A DNA stretch of 64,000 bases from Armatimonadota bacterium. Lineage in GTDB: Bacteria > Armatimonadota > HRBIN16. Below, one piece after another: positions 39,823 through 49,857 of this stretch (position 1 is the stretch's first letter; each line of letters opens with the position of its first letter). Location: the NCBI GenBank assembly GCA_963677485.1, contig OY781964.1, positions 832,001 to 896,000 of the forward strand, given 5' to 3'. The translations under genes and the position numbers were made by a program. The notes under the pieces were generated by a model. That model did no database searches, was not told the DNA's origin, and saw only the letters and a program-made list of their open reading frames with translations.

Positions 39823-40971
39823 TTATACGCTATCGAGCGCGGTCAGAAGGTCTTCCAGCAGGTCATCAACATCCTCGATGCCCACGGACAGTCGAACCAA
39901 ACCCGGCTCCGCCCCTGCGGCCATCCGAGCTGCTTCATCCATCGGCCGGTGTGATGACGATGGAGGATATCCAATCAGCGACTCCACTCCGCCCAGGCTC
40001 ACGGCCAGGCTGAATAGTTTGGTCGATTCTACGAACTTCCTGGCTTCCGCGGCTCCGCCCTTCATCACCACAGAAAACATACCGCCATACCCGCCTGTCA
40101 TCTGCCGTGATGCCAGTTCATGTCCGGGGTGTTCAGGAAGGCCTGGATACAAGACCCTCTCAATCTTGGGATGGCCGACCAGTGCCTGTGCGACCTGCAT
40201 CGCGTTTTCGCAGTGCGCCTTCATTCTGACCTTGAGTGTTCGAATGCCTCGAAGTACCAGCCAGCTATCAAAAGGCCCCGCAACGTTACCCGTCACCACC
40301 TGATGATGGTATATTTTGTGTGCAATGGCCTTATCATTGGCAATGACGGCCCCTAATATCACATCGCTATGCCCGCCAAGGTATTTTGTGCAACTGTGCA
40401 TCACGATATCCACGCCCATATTCAACGGGTTCTGCAGATAAGGTGAGGCGAAAGTGTTGTCAGCGGCCACCAGTGCGCCGTATTGATGCGCCAGATCACA
40501 AACAGCTTTTATGTCTATGATGGTGAGAGAGGGGTTGGATGGTGTTTCAATCCAAAGAAGACGCGCACCCAGCTTGAGGGATGCCTCCAGTAGTTCATGG
40601 TCGGTGCAGTCTACAAAATCAACTGTGACGCCTCTTGAGGGAAGTATAGTGGTGAAATACTCATAGGCTCCGCCATACACAGCATTCGCACAAACCAGAC
40701 GGTCGCCACACGACAGCACCGCACAAGCGGCGTCCACAGCCGCCATTCCGCTGGCGAAGGCGTAGGCATACTCTCCACACTCGATTACGGCGAGAGAGAC
40801 TTCCAGGGCATTACGTGTGGGGTTCCCTCCCCTGCCGTAGAACCATTGGCCTACAGGATGTCCCACTGAAGTCTGCTCAAAGGTAGAGGCCTGGTAAATG
40901 GGCACAGACAAAGCACCGAAAGCTGGATCAGGCTCGCATCCGGCGTGTACGATAGAAGTGGCTTTTCTCAT
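39823..40971 (-). CDS. Cystathionine gamma-lyase/synthase family PLP enzyme
   Basis: PIYQASTF, FASGMAA, ETPSNP, DNTFASP, HSCTKYLGGHSD and SLGGVESL motifs. Confidence 0.92.
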   Translation of the reverse strand: MRKATSIVHAGCEPDPAFGALSVPIYQASTFEQTSVGHPVGQWFYGRGGNPTRNALEVSLAVIECGEYAYAFASGMAAVDAACAVLSCGDRLVCANAVYGGAYEYFTTILPSRGVTVDFVDCTDHELLEASLKLGARLLWIETPSNPSLTIIDIKAVCDLAHQYGALVAADNTFASPYLQNPLNMGVDIVMHSCTKYLGGHSDVILGAVIANDKAIAHKIYHHQVVTGNVAGPFDSWLVLRGIRTLKVRMKAHCENAMQVAQALVGHPKIERVLYPGLPEHPGHELASRQMTGGYGGMFSVVMKGGAAEARKFVESTKLFSLAVSLGGVESLIGYPPSSSHRPMDEAARMAAGAEPGLVRLSVGIEDVDDLLEDLLTALDSV

Positions 40972-41001
40972 ATCGTTCTTTCCTATATATAAAATGGCAA
41001 G

Positions 41002-41031
41002 AGGGGGGCCGGAAATACATCCGACCCCCCT
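41002..41031 (-). terminator. Probable terminator after rpsI
   Basis: GC-rich hairpin AGGGGGGTCGGA/TCCGGCCCCCCT on the minus strand. Confidence 0.55.
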
Positions 41032-41052
41032 GTGAATTCCGCAGAACGGAAT

Positions 41053-41445
41053 TTAGCGCTTCGACCACTGGAAGGCGCGTCGAGCACGCTTGCGGCCGTA
41101 CTTCTTACGTTCCTTCACGCGGCTATCGCGCGTCACCATACCGCTGCGTCTCAGCGCGGTGTGCAGATCAGGATTGGCGAGGGTTAGAGCGCGGCTGATG
41201 CCGTGCCTAAGGGCTCCGGCATGACCGGAAATCCCGCCGCCGGTTGTGGTTGCCCATACATCGAACTGACCGGTTGTTCCGGTAAGCACGAAGGGCTGCA
41301 TCACCAGCATCTCAAGGGTTTTACGCCCTACATAAGATGCAAGCTCGTGTCCGTTCACTTTGACATTACCGTTACCGGGTGTCAGCCATACACGCGCCAC
41401 TGCCGTTTTACGTCGGCCGGTGGCATAATATTTCACTTGAGCCAT
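41053..41445 (-). CDS. rpsI: 30S ribosomal protein S9
   Basis: [17 protein letters not shown]...QWSKR. Confidence 0.97.
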   Translation of the reverse strand: MAQVKYYATGRRKTAVARVWLTPGNGNVKVNGHELASYVGRKTLEMLVMQPFVLTGTTGQFDVWATTTGGGISGHAGALRHGISRALTLANPDLHTALRRSGMVTRDSRVKERKKYGRKRARRAFQWSKR

Positions 41446-41460
41446 TCAGCTATACCTCTT

Positions 41461-41910
41461 CTACTTGACCAGTTCCAGCACTTTGGGCTGTTGGGCCTGG
41501 TGCGGGTGAGTATCGCCAGCATAGACCTTCAGCTTACAAAGCATGTCGGCACCAATTTTATTATGAGGGAGCATACCCTTTACTACACGCATGAATGCCT
41601 TTTCGGGCTTCTTCGCAATCTCTTCAGAACGAGAGATTGACTTGATGCCACCAGGCCACAGAGTGTGGTGGTAAACTTTCTCACTGCCTTTGGTTCCGGT
41701 CAAACGAACCTTGTCAGCATTGATGATAATCACGAAGTCTCCGCAGTCCAAGTGCGGTACAAAGTAGGGCTTGTTCTTACCCCGAAGGATAGCAGCCACA
41801 GCCGATGCCAGACGACCCATTGGGATGTTGGCGGCGTCTACGACGTACCATTCCCTTTGAATGTCTGAAGGCTTGGTCGAAAAGGTCTTCATATTCAGCA
41901 TATTCTGCAC
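41461..41910 (-). CDS. rplM: 50S ribosomal protein L13
   Basis: WYVVDA, GRLAS, DCGDFVII, VKGMLP, HPHQAQQP. Confidence 0.97.
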   Translation of the reverse strand: MQNMLNMKTFSTKPSDIQREWYVVDAANIPMGRLASAVAAILRGKNKPYFVPHLDCGDFVIIINADKVRLTGTKGSEKVYHHTLWPGGIKSISRSEEIAKKPEKAFMRVVKGMLPHNKIGADMLCKLKVYAGDTHPHQAQQPKVLELVK

Positions 41911-41939
41911 TCGTCCTCAGCTTGTTTCCTGATCCATTG

Positions 41940-42707
41940 TTATATGGCCACGCCACGGTTACCAGGGTAGTTCACCCTGTAGAGACACAGCCCCTTGGCT
42001 GGCACGCAATCACCTGCATCATCCCGGCATCCACTATTTAGGAGTTGCTTGATCTGTTCAGGGTGTTGTTTACCAATCCCTACTTGAATCAAGGTTCCCA
42101 TGATCGCCCGGATCATACCTTGAAGGAAGCCGTTCGCCTCAATTCTGAGGTAAACCCAGTCTCCCTTTTTTCTAACTCGGGCCGACATTACCTGCCGGAC
42201 CGTGCTGTGGTAGCGTTCCACGTTACTAGCAAAACACTTAAAGTCGTGTTTTCCCACCAACTCATGGGCCGCCTCGTTCATCGCCACGGCATTTAGCCTG
42301 TGCCCCACGCGGTAACTGTATCTTTCAAGAAGTGCATTCCGGACGGGCCGGTTAAGCACTACGTAATAATACACCCGCGATCGGGCTGCGAACCGTGCGT
42401 GAAACTCTTGTTCCACTTCTGTGGCTTGCACCACGGAAATATCTCTCGGTAGAGCTGTATTGATCGCCAGCGGAATTCGATCCACCGGTATCGGACACTC
42501 TATTCGGAACTGGATGACCTGTCCCAGAGCATGAGCCCCGGCGTCCGTCCTGCTTGCACCGGTGATCCCGGTACACCTACCAAATACCTTGGTAATGGCC
42601 ATTTCAAGACAGGCTTGAATTGATGGCCCGTTGACCTGCCTCTGGAAACCGCAGTATTCCGTACCATCATATTGTACGACAGCAAGTATACTGCGAGTTT
42701 CAGACAA
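41940..42707 (-). CDS. truA: tRNA pseudouridine(38-40) synthase
   Basis: YDGT.Y.GFQRQ, GASRTDAGAHA, FHARF and GFLQGMIR motifs; probable TTG start at 42707. Confidence 0.94.
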   Translation of the reverse strand: MSETRSILAVVQYDGTEYCGFQRQVNGPSIQACLEMAITKVFGRCTGITGASRTDAGAHALGQVIQFRIECPIPVDRIPLAINTALPRDISVVQATEVEQEFHARFAARSRVYYYVVLNRPVRNALLERYSYRVGHRLNAVAMNEAAHELVGKHDFKCFASNVERYHSTVRQVMSARVRKKGDWVYLRIEANGFLQGMIRAIMGTLIQVGIGKQHPEQIKQLLNSGCRDDAGDCVPAKGLCLYRVNYPGNRGVAI

Positions 42708-42715
42708 GCGGCTTT

Positions 42716-43069
42716 CTACTGGAGAAGCTCCAGCCAAGCCATTTGAGCATTATCACCGCGACGGGTGCCCAGTCGAACGATGCGGGTATATCCGCCGTTC
42801 CGGCTGGCAAAGCGCGGAGCAATTTCATTGAACACACGGTTCACAAGGGTCTCATCGCGCAGAACGCGGCGAGCCAGCCTTTTGCTGTGAAGGTCGTTAC
42901 GCTTGGCAAGAGTAATAATCTTCTCAGCCATCGGGCTAACTTCCTTAGCGCGGCATACTGTTGTGCGGATCCCCTCATGCTCGAAAAGGGCCTTCACTAA
43001 ACCATGAAGTAATGCCCGACGCTGATCGCTGGGTAGACCCAGTTTTCGCTGTGCTACTAGATGTCGCAT
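42716..43069 (-). CDS. rplQ: 50S ribosomal protein L17
   Basis: MRH..RKLG, RNGGYTRI, RRGDNA. Confidence 0.96.
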   Translation of the reverse strand: MRHLVAQRKLGLPSDQRRALLHGLVKALFEHEGIRTTVCRAKEVSPMAEKIITLAKRNDLHSKRLARRVLRDETLVNRVFNEIAPRFASRNGGYTRIVRLGTRRGDNAQMAWLELLQ

Positions 43070-43124
43070 GTTTCTCTAAACCTCGATAGCTATCTCAGGC
43101 GGAGTATAGGCTCCGCTAATGTGT

Positions 43125-44405
43125 CTATTCAGCAGCCGGTATTTCGTCGGCCTCTTCTGGTGCATCTGTGGAGTGATCCTCACTGCCATCCATGACAGCA
43201 GATGGGATACCCGCCACTTTGATGTCTTCGCGATCTTCACCGCTTAAAGTCCAGTTGAATTGCTTCAGTGCTTTTCGGATCATCTGCAGGGTCTCTTCAT
43301 CCATCTGAAGATCCTCAGCAGACTTCTGAACAAGTGACCTTAAGTTCGTAAATCCTAACCCTTGCAGGGCATTCTTCACAGACTCGTCAACATCAAGATC
43401 AGAAATTGGCTTCTTCAACGCTTCCACCAGTTTGAGGTCGGATTCCGAAGGATCCTTCAACATCAGTGGAGTATCGACTAAAGCCAGTTGCCGTTTGACT
43501 TCCCGCAGGCTCTTCTGTCCGAAGTTTCGGATGCCCAGCAAGCCGGAATCAGATTGGTCTACCAGGATGCTCAGCATACTGACGCTGGCTTTGTTTAGGC
43601 AGTTCAGCGTTCGCTGTGAAAAGCCCAAATCCTGAACAGCACGATCATCAACACCATCAGGAAGCTGACTTCCTTCGCCAATCTGCGGTAAACCCTCTTC
43701 ATGAGCGGTGCAGAACGGATCGATGAACTTGCGCATTATCAATGCAGCCTGCCGTAAGGCATCCTGCGGAAGTATGGTTCCGTTGGTGGTTATTTCCAAT
43801 GTCAGACGCTCTAAGTCTGTTCGGAAACCCACACGCGTAGATTCTACGATGTGGTTCACTTTTCGGACTGGAGAGAAGTATCCGCCTATGGGTATAACTC
43901 CGATGGTGTTCTGCCTGTTACCAGGGAGCACAACCTTGTCAGGAGCAACGTAAGCCGTTCCCATTTGAACGAACAGCTCCATACTTAAGGAGGTCTGCTC
44001 GTCGTTAAGAGTAGCCAGATAGACTTCCGGGTTGACTATTTCCACATCAGCCGGGCATTGAATGTCAGCAGCGGTCACGATGCCAGGTCCGTTCTTCACC
44101 AGTCGCAAGGTGATAGCCTCGCTGGGGTCAAGCTCGGAAAGACAGTGAACCGCGATGTCCTTCAGGTTCAGAATCAACTGAGTAGCGTCTTCACGAACAC
44201 CAGGTATAGTGGCGAACTCGTGTTGGATCCCGTCTAAAAGAATAGCTGTGATGGCCGCCCCAGGAACGCTGGAAAGAAGTATCCGACGGAGGGCGTTACC
44301 GACCGTGGTCCCGTATCCACGAAGAAGGGGGTTAACCACGAACTTTCCGTAGGTGGCTTCCGATACGATATGTTCAATGCGAAAATTCGCAGGTGTTTGA
44401 GCCAT
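43125..44405 (-). CDS. rpoA: RNA polymerase alpha subunit with C-terminal extension (426 aa)
   Basis: PLLRGYGTTVGNALRRILLSS, HEFATIPGVRED, FSPVRKV and TRVG motifs; alpha-CTD SQRTLNCL...RNFGQKSLREV; position between rpsD and rplQ. Confidence 0.96.
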   Translation of the reverse strand: MAQTPANFRIEHIVSEATYGKFVVNPLLRGYGTTVGNALRRILLSSVPGAAITAILLDGIQHEFATIPGVREDATQLILNLKDIAVHCLSELDPSEAITLRLVKNGPGIVTAADIQCPADVEIVNPEVYLATLNDEQTSLSMELFVQMGTAYVAPDKVVLPGNRQNTIGVIPIGGYFSPVRKVNHIVESTRVGFRTDLERLTLEITTNGTILPQDALRQAALIMRKFIDPFCTAHEEGLPQIGEGSQLPDGVDDRAVQDLGFSQRTLNCLNKASVSMLSILVDQSDSGLLGIRNFGQKSLREVKRQLALVDTPLMLKDPSESDLKLVEALKKPISDLDVDESVKNALQGLGFTNLRSLVQKSAEDLQMDEETLQMIRKALKQFNWTLSGEDREDIKVAGIPSAVMDGSEDHSTDAPEEADEIPAAE

Positions 44406-44518
44406 TGTGCGGGTGTCGCCTCCTCAGGCCATACCGGTTGTCTTCTTGCGAAGATAACCGGATGATCTCAATTTCCATCGGCCAGCGCATTCTTATACTG
44501 GCCGAGTATGATTTGCTA

Positions 44519-45154
44519 TTAGCGCGAGTAGAACTCGATGATAACTTGCTCTTCCACAACCGTGTCAATTTGATCACGGGTAGGCAGTGCAAGCACTTTG
44601 CCAGACATGGTGTTGTCATCCCAGCTCAGCCACTCCGGCGAACCGGAAACGCCGCGGCTGGCAATCAACCCCTTGACAAAATCATATCCGCGCTTAGATT
44701 CAAACACAGATACTTCGTCGCCAACGCGAAGACGAATGGAAGGAACATCCACACGGCCTCCGTTCACTTTGAAGAAGCCATGACTTACCATCTGACGTGC
44801 CTGGCCTCGGCTCTTGGCGATGCCAAGACGATAAACCACGTTGTCCAGACGGCGCTCAAACAGCTCCATCATCAATTCACCGGAAACGCCTGTTCGGCGC
44901 TCCGCTTCAGCTACATATCGACGGGTGATCCCCTCTTCGACCATGTAGATTCTTTTCAGCTTTTGCTTCTCTCGAAGCTGTGTGCCGTAGCCCGTCATTT
45001 TCTTCTGAGCCGCTCGCTCTCCGTGCTGCCCCGGTGGCTTCTGTCTGCCTTCACGATCCATGGCGCAAGCCTTCGTGTAGCATCGGTCGCCCTTCAGGAA
45101 CAACTTCTGGTTCTCTCGGCGGCACTGACGGCATTTCGGTTGTGCAATACCCAT
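44519..45154 (-). CDS. rpsD: 30S ribosomal protein S4 (Zn-binding type)
   Basis: CRQCRRE..KLFLKG.RC, PGQHG, QLREKQK, ERRLDNVVYRLG, IIEFYSR. Confidence 0.97.
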   Translation of the reverse strand: MGIAQPKCRQCRRENQKLFLKGDRCYTKACAMDREGRQKPPGQHGERAAQKKMTGYGTQLREKQKLKRIYMVEEGITRRYVAEAERRTGVSGELMMELFERRLDNVVYRLGIAKSRGQARQMVSHGFFKVNGGRVDVPSIRLRVGDEVSVFESKRGYDFVKGLIASRGVSGSPEWLSWDDNTMSGKVLALPTRDQIDTVVEEQVIIEFYSR

Positions 45155-45178
45155 ATCTTCAGAAATGCTCCTTCTAGA

Positions 45179-45577
45179 TTACACCCGGCGGCTTTTGGAA
45201 GCCCGGCAACCGTTGTGTGGCACGGGTGTGACGTCTCTAATCGTCATCACTTCTATGCCTGTGGTTTGGATCGCTCGGATGGCAGTTTCGCGGCCAGGGC
45301 CTGGGCCCTTGACCTGAACATCAACCTTGCGCACGCCATGCTCGATCGCCTTCTTAGCGGCGTCTTCGGCAGCCTGGCTGGCAGCAAAGGGAGTACTCTT
45401 GCGAGAACCCTTAAATCCCACGTGTCCAGCGGTACTCCAGCTAATCACGCCACCCTTTACGTCTGTGATACAGACGATGGTGTTGTTAAACGTGCTCTGT
45501 ATATGAACCACGCCTTGGGCGATATTCTTCTTCGGCTTTGTTTTCTGCCGAACGTTCGTTGCCTTTTTTGTAGCCAT
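45179..45577 (-). CDS. rpsK: 30S ribosomal protein S11
   Basis: [30 protein letters not shown]. Confidence 0.97.
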   Translation of the reverse strand: MATKKATNVRQKTKPKKNIAQGVVHIQSTFNNTIVCITDVKGGVISWSTAGHVGFKGSRKSTPFAASQAAEDAAKKAIEHGVRKVDVQVKGPGPGRETAIRAIQTTGIEVMTIRDVTPVPHNGCRASKSRRV

Positions 45578-45600
45578 GAATTATCCTTGTCTCCGCAACA

Positions 45601-45975
45601 CTATCGAACTTTCTTCTTGTTGCCGACAGTATGCTTTTTGCCCTTGCGTGTTCTGGCGTTGGTACGTGTACGCTGACCGTGAACCGGGAGTCCACGGCGA
45701 TGGCGCAGGCCGCGGTAACAACCAATTTCCATCAAGCGGCGCACGTTGCCTGCCACTTCGCGGCGCAGTTCACCTTCGACCGTGTATTCGTTCTCGATGA
45801 CATCCCGCAACCGCGCGATTTCTGATTCTGTCAAGTTTTTCGTTCGTGTCGAGTAATCTATTCCACACTGCACCAAAATCTTTCGTGATGCAGATAGTCC
45901 TATGCCATAGATATACGGCAGGGCATACTCGACTCGCTTGTCGCGCGGTAAATCCACACCCGCTATGCGTGCCAA
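45601..45975 (-). CDS. rpsM: 30S ribosomal protein S13
   Basis: [34 protein letters not shown]. Confidence 0.97.
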   Translation of the reverse strand: MARIAGVDLPRDKRVEYALPYIYGIGLSASRKILVQCGIDYSTRTKNLTESEIARLRDVIENEYTVEGELRREVAGNVRRLMEIGCYRGLRHRRGLPVHGQRTRTNARTRKGKKHTVGNKKKVR

Positions 45976-45986
45976 ATGTCGCCTCC

Positions 45987-46103
45987 TTAGCCTTGTCGCT
46001 GCTTATGCTTGGGGTTCTTTTTGCAAATCACCCTCACGACGCCTTCGCGTCGGATGATTTTGCATTTCTCGCACATCTTTTTTACGGACGCTCTAACCTT
46101 CAT
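45987..46103 (-). CDS. rpmJ: 50S ribosomal protein L36
   Basis: Manual translation [38 protein letters not shown]. Confidence 0.96.
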   Translation of the reverse strand: MKVRASVKKMCEKCKIIRREGVVRVICKKNPKHKQRQG

Positions 46104-46173
46104 CCTGTGACCTCACGTGTTCGCTTGCACCCCGTTTTTAGGGGTTGTAATATCTTCCGACACGCAAACATGT

Positions 46174-46202
46174 ATTGTACCATGTCTATGTGGCAGATGC
46201 AA
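46174..46202 (-). promoter_or_regulatory. Internal sigma70-type promoter for rpmJ-rpsM-rpsK-rpsD-rpoA
   Basis: Minus strand TTGCAT-17 nt-TACAAT, with TG extension. Confidence 0.65.
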
Positions 46203-46222
46203 CCCGAATGGGTGCCTACGAT

Positions 46223-46465
46223 TTACTTGTATCGATAGATGATCCGACCGCGGGTCAAATCATAGGGAGATAACTCGAGCAGCACACGGTCACCAGGCAG
46301 TATGCGAATAAAGTGCATGCGCATTTTGCCGGATACGTGAGCCAGAACAATGTGACCTTCAGCTACCTCAACACGAAACATCGCGTTTGGAAGTGTCTCA
46401 GCCACTATGCCTTCGAGTTGTAATCCCTTTTCCTTGTCCTGCTGCGGATCTTGCTTCTTAGCCAT
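46223..46465 (-). CDS. infA: Translation initiation factor IF-1
   Basis: [15 protein letters not shown]...[19 protein letters not shown]. Confidence 0.97.
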   Translation of the reverse strand: MAKKQDPQQDKEKGLQLEGIVAETLPNAMFRVEVAEGHIVLAHVSGKMRMHFIRILPGDRVLLELSPYDLTRGRIIYRYK

Positions 46466-46485
46466 ATGGTTTGCTTATTGTCCCT

Positions 46486-47238
46486 CTACTCTTCCAGAGT
46501 GAGTATATCCGCACCCTCTGCGGTTACTGCCACAGTGTGCTCGTAATGTGCTGAGGGCAGCGAATCTTCCGTGACAATAGTCCATCTGTCAGAAAGAGTC
46601 CGAACCCTCCAGGTGCCGGTGTTCACCATCGGCTCTATCGCCAGTGTCATTCCCTCACGTAGAAGGAGGCCCTGACCGCTTTTGCCATAATTCGGAACCG
46701 CTGGGTCTTCGTGAAGCTTCTGCCCCACGCCGTGCCCAACCAGATCTCGAACAACTGCAAATCCGTTTTGCTCGCAATGCTTTTGGATGGCGCTGCCAAT
46801 ATCGCCCAGCCTATGGCCGGGTTTGACCTGCTCTATCCCAATCATTAACGATTGTCTGGTGATATCCATCAGCTTCTGCTTTTCCTCAGACACTTCACCT
46901 ACCGCCACAGAAATGGCCGAGTCGGTGAACAGCCCTTCAAGCTCCACTCCGAAATCCAGACTCAAAATATCTCCAGTGCATAGCACTGTGTTATCTGGGA
47001 TACCGTGAACAACCTGTTCATTTATTGATGTACAGACCGCCCCAGGATACCCGTGATAATCCAAAAACGCTGGCTTAACAGCATAAAATGAGCACAACTC
47101 ACGTGCCACTTCGTCCAAATCAAGTGTCGTAGTGACATCTGCACGTATACACTCAGTCAACTGTCGCAGAATACTGGCCAAAATCCGGCCACCCCGGCGC
47201 ATTGTTTCAATCTGCTCCGGCGTCTTGATGACTACCAA
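46486..47238 (-). CDS. map: Type I methionyl aminopeptidase
   Basis: SINEQVVHGIP, DSA, GHGVG..LHEDP, AIEPM, SAHYEHT. Confidence 0.96.
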   Translation of the reverse strand: MVVIKTPEQIETMRRGGRILASILRQLTECIRADVTTTLDLDEVARELCSFYAVKPAFLDYHGYPGAVCTSINEQVVHGIPDNTVLCTGDILSLDFGVELEGLFTDSAISVAVGEVSEEKQKLMDITRQSLMIGIEQVKPGHRLGDIGSAIQKHCEQNGFAVVRDLVGHGVGQKLHEDPAVPNYGKSGQGLLLREGMTLAIEPMVNTGTWRVRTLSDRWTIVTEDSLPSAHYEHTVAVTAEGADILTLEE

Positions 47239-47251
47239 TACAAGATTACCC

Positions 47252-47902
47252 CTAAAGCCCGATAACGGCTTTCACTTTCGCAAACACCTGGTCGGCGTTG
47301 CCAGAGGCATCAATGTTTTTCAATGCTCCCTGCTGTTGGTAATATGCAACCAGCGGCTCTGTAGACTCTGCATATACCCTTAAGCGGTTCTGTATGGCTT
47401 CAGGAGTGTCGTCTTTACGTGTGATGAGCTCTGCACCGCACTTGTCGCATATACCGGCCTGTACGGGCGGCATAGAGGTTGCATGGTAACCTGCTCCACA
47501 GCCCGGGCAGCTTAGTCGTCCGCCCAGCCGTTGCAGGATCACTTCTTCTTCTGTATCAAAATAGAGAACACCGCTCAGCGTCCATCCATTTTTCTTCATC
47601 ATGTTGTCCAAAAGCTGTGCCTGGGGAAGCGTCCTTGGGAAGCCATCCAGCAGAACTCCGGATCCGATGCCGTCCTGCTCAAGGCGAGCCGCCAGCACGT
47701 TGGCTATGAGCTCATCGGGAACAAGCCCTCCCGATTCCATGAAGCTCTTCACTTGCGATCCAAGCTCGCTGCCTTCGGCTACCGCTTTACGAAGCATCTC
47801 ACCCGTGCTATAGCTCTTCATATCGCTCTGAGCCATCAGCATATTCGCCTGTGTGCCTTTACCGCAGCCAGGAGCACCTAGTAATACCCAAACCATTCTC
47901 AA
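47252..47902 (-). CDS. adk: Adenylate kinase (Zn-lid)
   Basis: GAPGCGKGTQA, STGEMLR, LDGFPRT, CPGC...CDKC. Confidence 0.96.
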   Translation of the reverse strand: MRMVWVLLGAPGCGKGTQANMLMAQSDMKSYSTGEMLRKAVAEGSELGSQVKSFMESGGLVPDELIANVLAARLEQDGIGSGVLLDGFPRTLPQAQLLDNMMKKNGWTLSGVLYFDTEEEVILQRLGGRLSCPGCGAGYHATSMPPVQAGICDKCGAELITRKDDTPEAIQNRLRVYAESTEPLVAYYQQQGALKNIDASGNADQVFAKVKAVIGL

Positions 47903-49207
47903 TTACTCCTTCAGAAAGCCCTGGTAGTTTCGCATCATCAACTGAGCTTCAATCGCTTGCATGGTCTCAAGAGCCACACCTACGATGATCAGCAGTGAGG
48001 TTCCGCCCACCAGACTGAAGCTGCTTCCTGCTACTCCCGTGATTGCCGGGGCTATATATTGTACCACGGCGACAAGGGTAAGGAATACTGCACCTGCGGT
48101 GGTGATGCGTGTAATCACTCTATCCAGGTAGTCTGCCGTCGGTTTACCGGGGCGGATACCGGGGATGTAAGCACCAGACTTCTTGAGGTTGTCGGCGATG
48201 TCATTCACATCAAACTGCACCGCGGTGTAGAAGTATGTGAAGCCCATGATCAAAATTCCGAAAAGGATCAGTGCCCACCAATGCTCCACGCTGGGAACCA
48301 AACCGTTGGCGATTTTGATAAACCAGCCGACAAACCCAGTCTGCTGCTCCTGCAGGTCGCGGGGGAGCGCCGTGGCCAGGGTGGCCGGTAACATCTGTAA
48401 TGAAATTGCGAAGATGATGGGGATAACACCCGCCATCGCAATTTTGAATGGCATGTAGCTGGTGTGCCCACCCACCTGGCGCATACCAACCACACGTCTA
48501 GCGTGCTGAACCGGAATGCGTCGATTAGCCTGGGTGACAAACACGATAGCGACCACACTGGCAAGGAAGAGAACGAGCAGCATGATGAGGCCCATCCACT
48601 GCTGGTTTGCCTTTACCAGTTCCCATGTCTTACCCAACTGCCAGGGAAGACCTGCACAGATCGAGCAGAAGATGATCATACTGATGCCGTTGCCAATCCC
48701 GTTCTCGGTGATTTGCTCACCCAGCCACATCAGGAACATGGTTCCCGCTGTCAGAATGACACAGGTCGCCAGGATCTGGATGATGGTGGCATCAAGGATA
48801 TGACTCTTCTGAAGTGTCAGGCTGATACCAAAACTTTGCATGAAGGCGAGCAAGATCGTAAAGTAGCGAACATACTTGTTAATCTGCTTGCGGCCCGACT
48901 CGCCTTCCTTCTGGAGCTCTTTCAACTGAGGCACTGCTGCAGTCAGCAGTTGGAAGATGATGGAGGCGTTGATATAGGGAATAATTCCCATGGCGAGTAT
49001 GGTGAACTTGCGCATCGCACCGCCCGAGAACACATCCACCAAACCAAACATGCCGCCATTAGAAAACAGAGCTTCCATCTTCGCATGGTCGATATTTGGC
49101 AGGGGTATATGAAGCCCAATGGCGTAGACACCGAACGCCGCAAATACGAATAAGATTCGCTTGCGAAGCTCCGGTAGTTTCCACGCAGCTATCAACGACT
49201 CCAACAT
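47903..49207 (-). CDS. secY: Preprotein translocase subunit SecY
   Basis: GIIPYINASII, WLGEQIT..GIGNG.S, IPGIRPG, GGTSLLI. Confidence 0.97.
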   Translation of the reverse strand: MLESLIAAWKLPELRKRILFVFAAFGVYAIGLHIPLPNIDHAKMEALFSNGGMFGLVDVFSGGAMRKFTILAMGIIPYINASIIFQLLTAAVPQLKELQKEGESGRKQINKYVRYFTILLAFMQSFGISLTLQKSHILDATIIQILATCVILTAGTMFLMWLGEQITENGIGNGISMIIFCSICAGLPWQLGKTWELVKANQQWMGLIMLLVLFLASVVAIVFVTQANRRIPVQHARRVVGMRQVGGHTSYMPFKIAMAGVIPIIFAISLQMLPATLATALPRDLQEQQTGFVGWFIKIANGLVPSVEHWWALILFGILIMGFTYFYTAVQFDVNDIADNLKKSGAYIPGIRPGKPTADYLDRVITRITTAGAVFLTLVAVVQYIAPAITGVAGSSFSLVGGTSLLIIVGVALETMQAIEAQLMMRNYQGFLKE

Positions 49208-49209
49208 AA

Positions 49210-49653
49210 CTACATTGCCTCCGTAGTGCCACCGGCAGCTGCAATTTTCTCAACAGCCGATTTGCTGAACTTGTGTGCTTTAACTGTGAAGGCCTTAGTC
49301 AACTCGCCATCGGCAAGAATCTTAATACCATCCTTCTCAACTTTGCGAATCGTACCGGTGCTCAGAAGCATTTCCGGATTGATCTCGGTGCCTGCATCGA
49401 ACATATCCTCTAACACGCAAAGGTTAAGCACAGTGAACTCTTTGGCGTTAGGGTTACGGAAGCCGCGCTTCACAGGAAGTCGGCGATGCAACGGGGTCTG
49501 TCCACCCTCGAACTGAGCGCGAACTTTACTGCGTGCCTTCTGGCCTTTATGGCCTTTGGTGGCGGTATGGCCATGGCCGGAGCCGGGGCCGCGTCCGATT
49601 CGCTTTTTCTTTTTGGTGGCGCCTTCGTTTGGCTTCAGGTCATGAATAAACAT
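49210..49653 (-). CDS. rplO: 50S ribosomal protein L15
   Basis: [30 protein letters not shown]. Confidence 0.96.
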   Translation of the reverse strand: MFIHDLKPNEGATKKKKRIGRGPGSGHGHTATKGHKGQKARSKVRAQFEGGQTPLHRRLPVKRGFRNPNAKEFTVLNLCVLEDMFDAGTEINPEMLLSTGTIRKVEKDGIKILADGELTKAFTVKAHKFSKSAVEKIAAAGGTTEAM

Positions 49654-49857
49654 TTACGCCTCCTGGGTGGCGTCTTCTGCCACCTCTTGTACGGTCACCA
49701 AGTGCTTCACCTTGAAGATCATACCTCGTACTGAGGCGTTATCCGGCAAACGCACGGTGTGATATCGCTTGCTAAGACCCAGGGCCCTTACGGTGTCCTT
49801 CTGGTCTTGCTTATAGCCGATGGCACTTTTGGTTAGTGTGACGTATAGCTCACTCAT
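49654..49857 (-). CDS. rpmD: 50S ribosomal protein L30
   Basis: VTLTKSAIG...TVRALGL...VRGMIFKVKHLV; start re-called at ATG 49857. Confidence 0.93.
   Translation of the reverse strand: MSELYVTLTKSAIGYKQDQKDTVRALGLSKRYHTVRLPDNASVRGMIFKVKHLVTVQEVAEDATQEA

Noticed and set aside
39783-41052. ZMP/THF riboswitch before fhs, or SAM/T-box leader before the cystathionine enzyme
   Set aside because: The intergenic gaps are short (40 and 81 bp) and show no consensus motifs, only a terminator-like hairpin.
44393-45676. 427-aa plus-strand ORF
   Set aside because: Antisense shadow of rpsD/rpsK/rpsM with no recognisable motifs.
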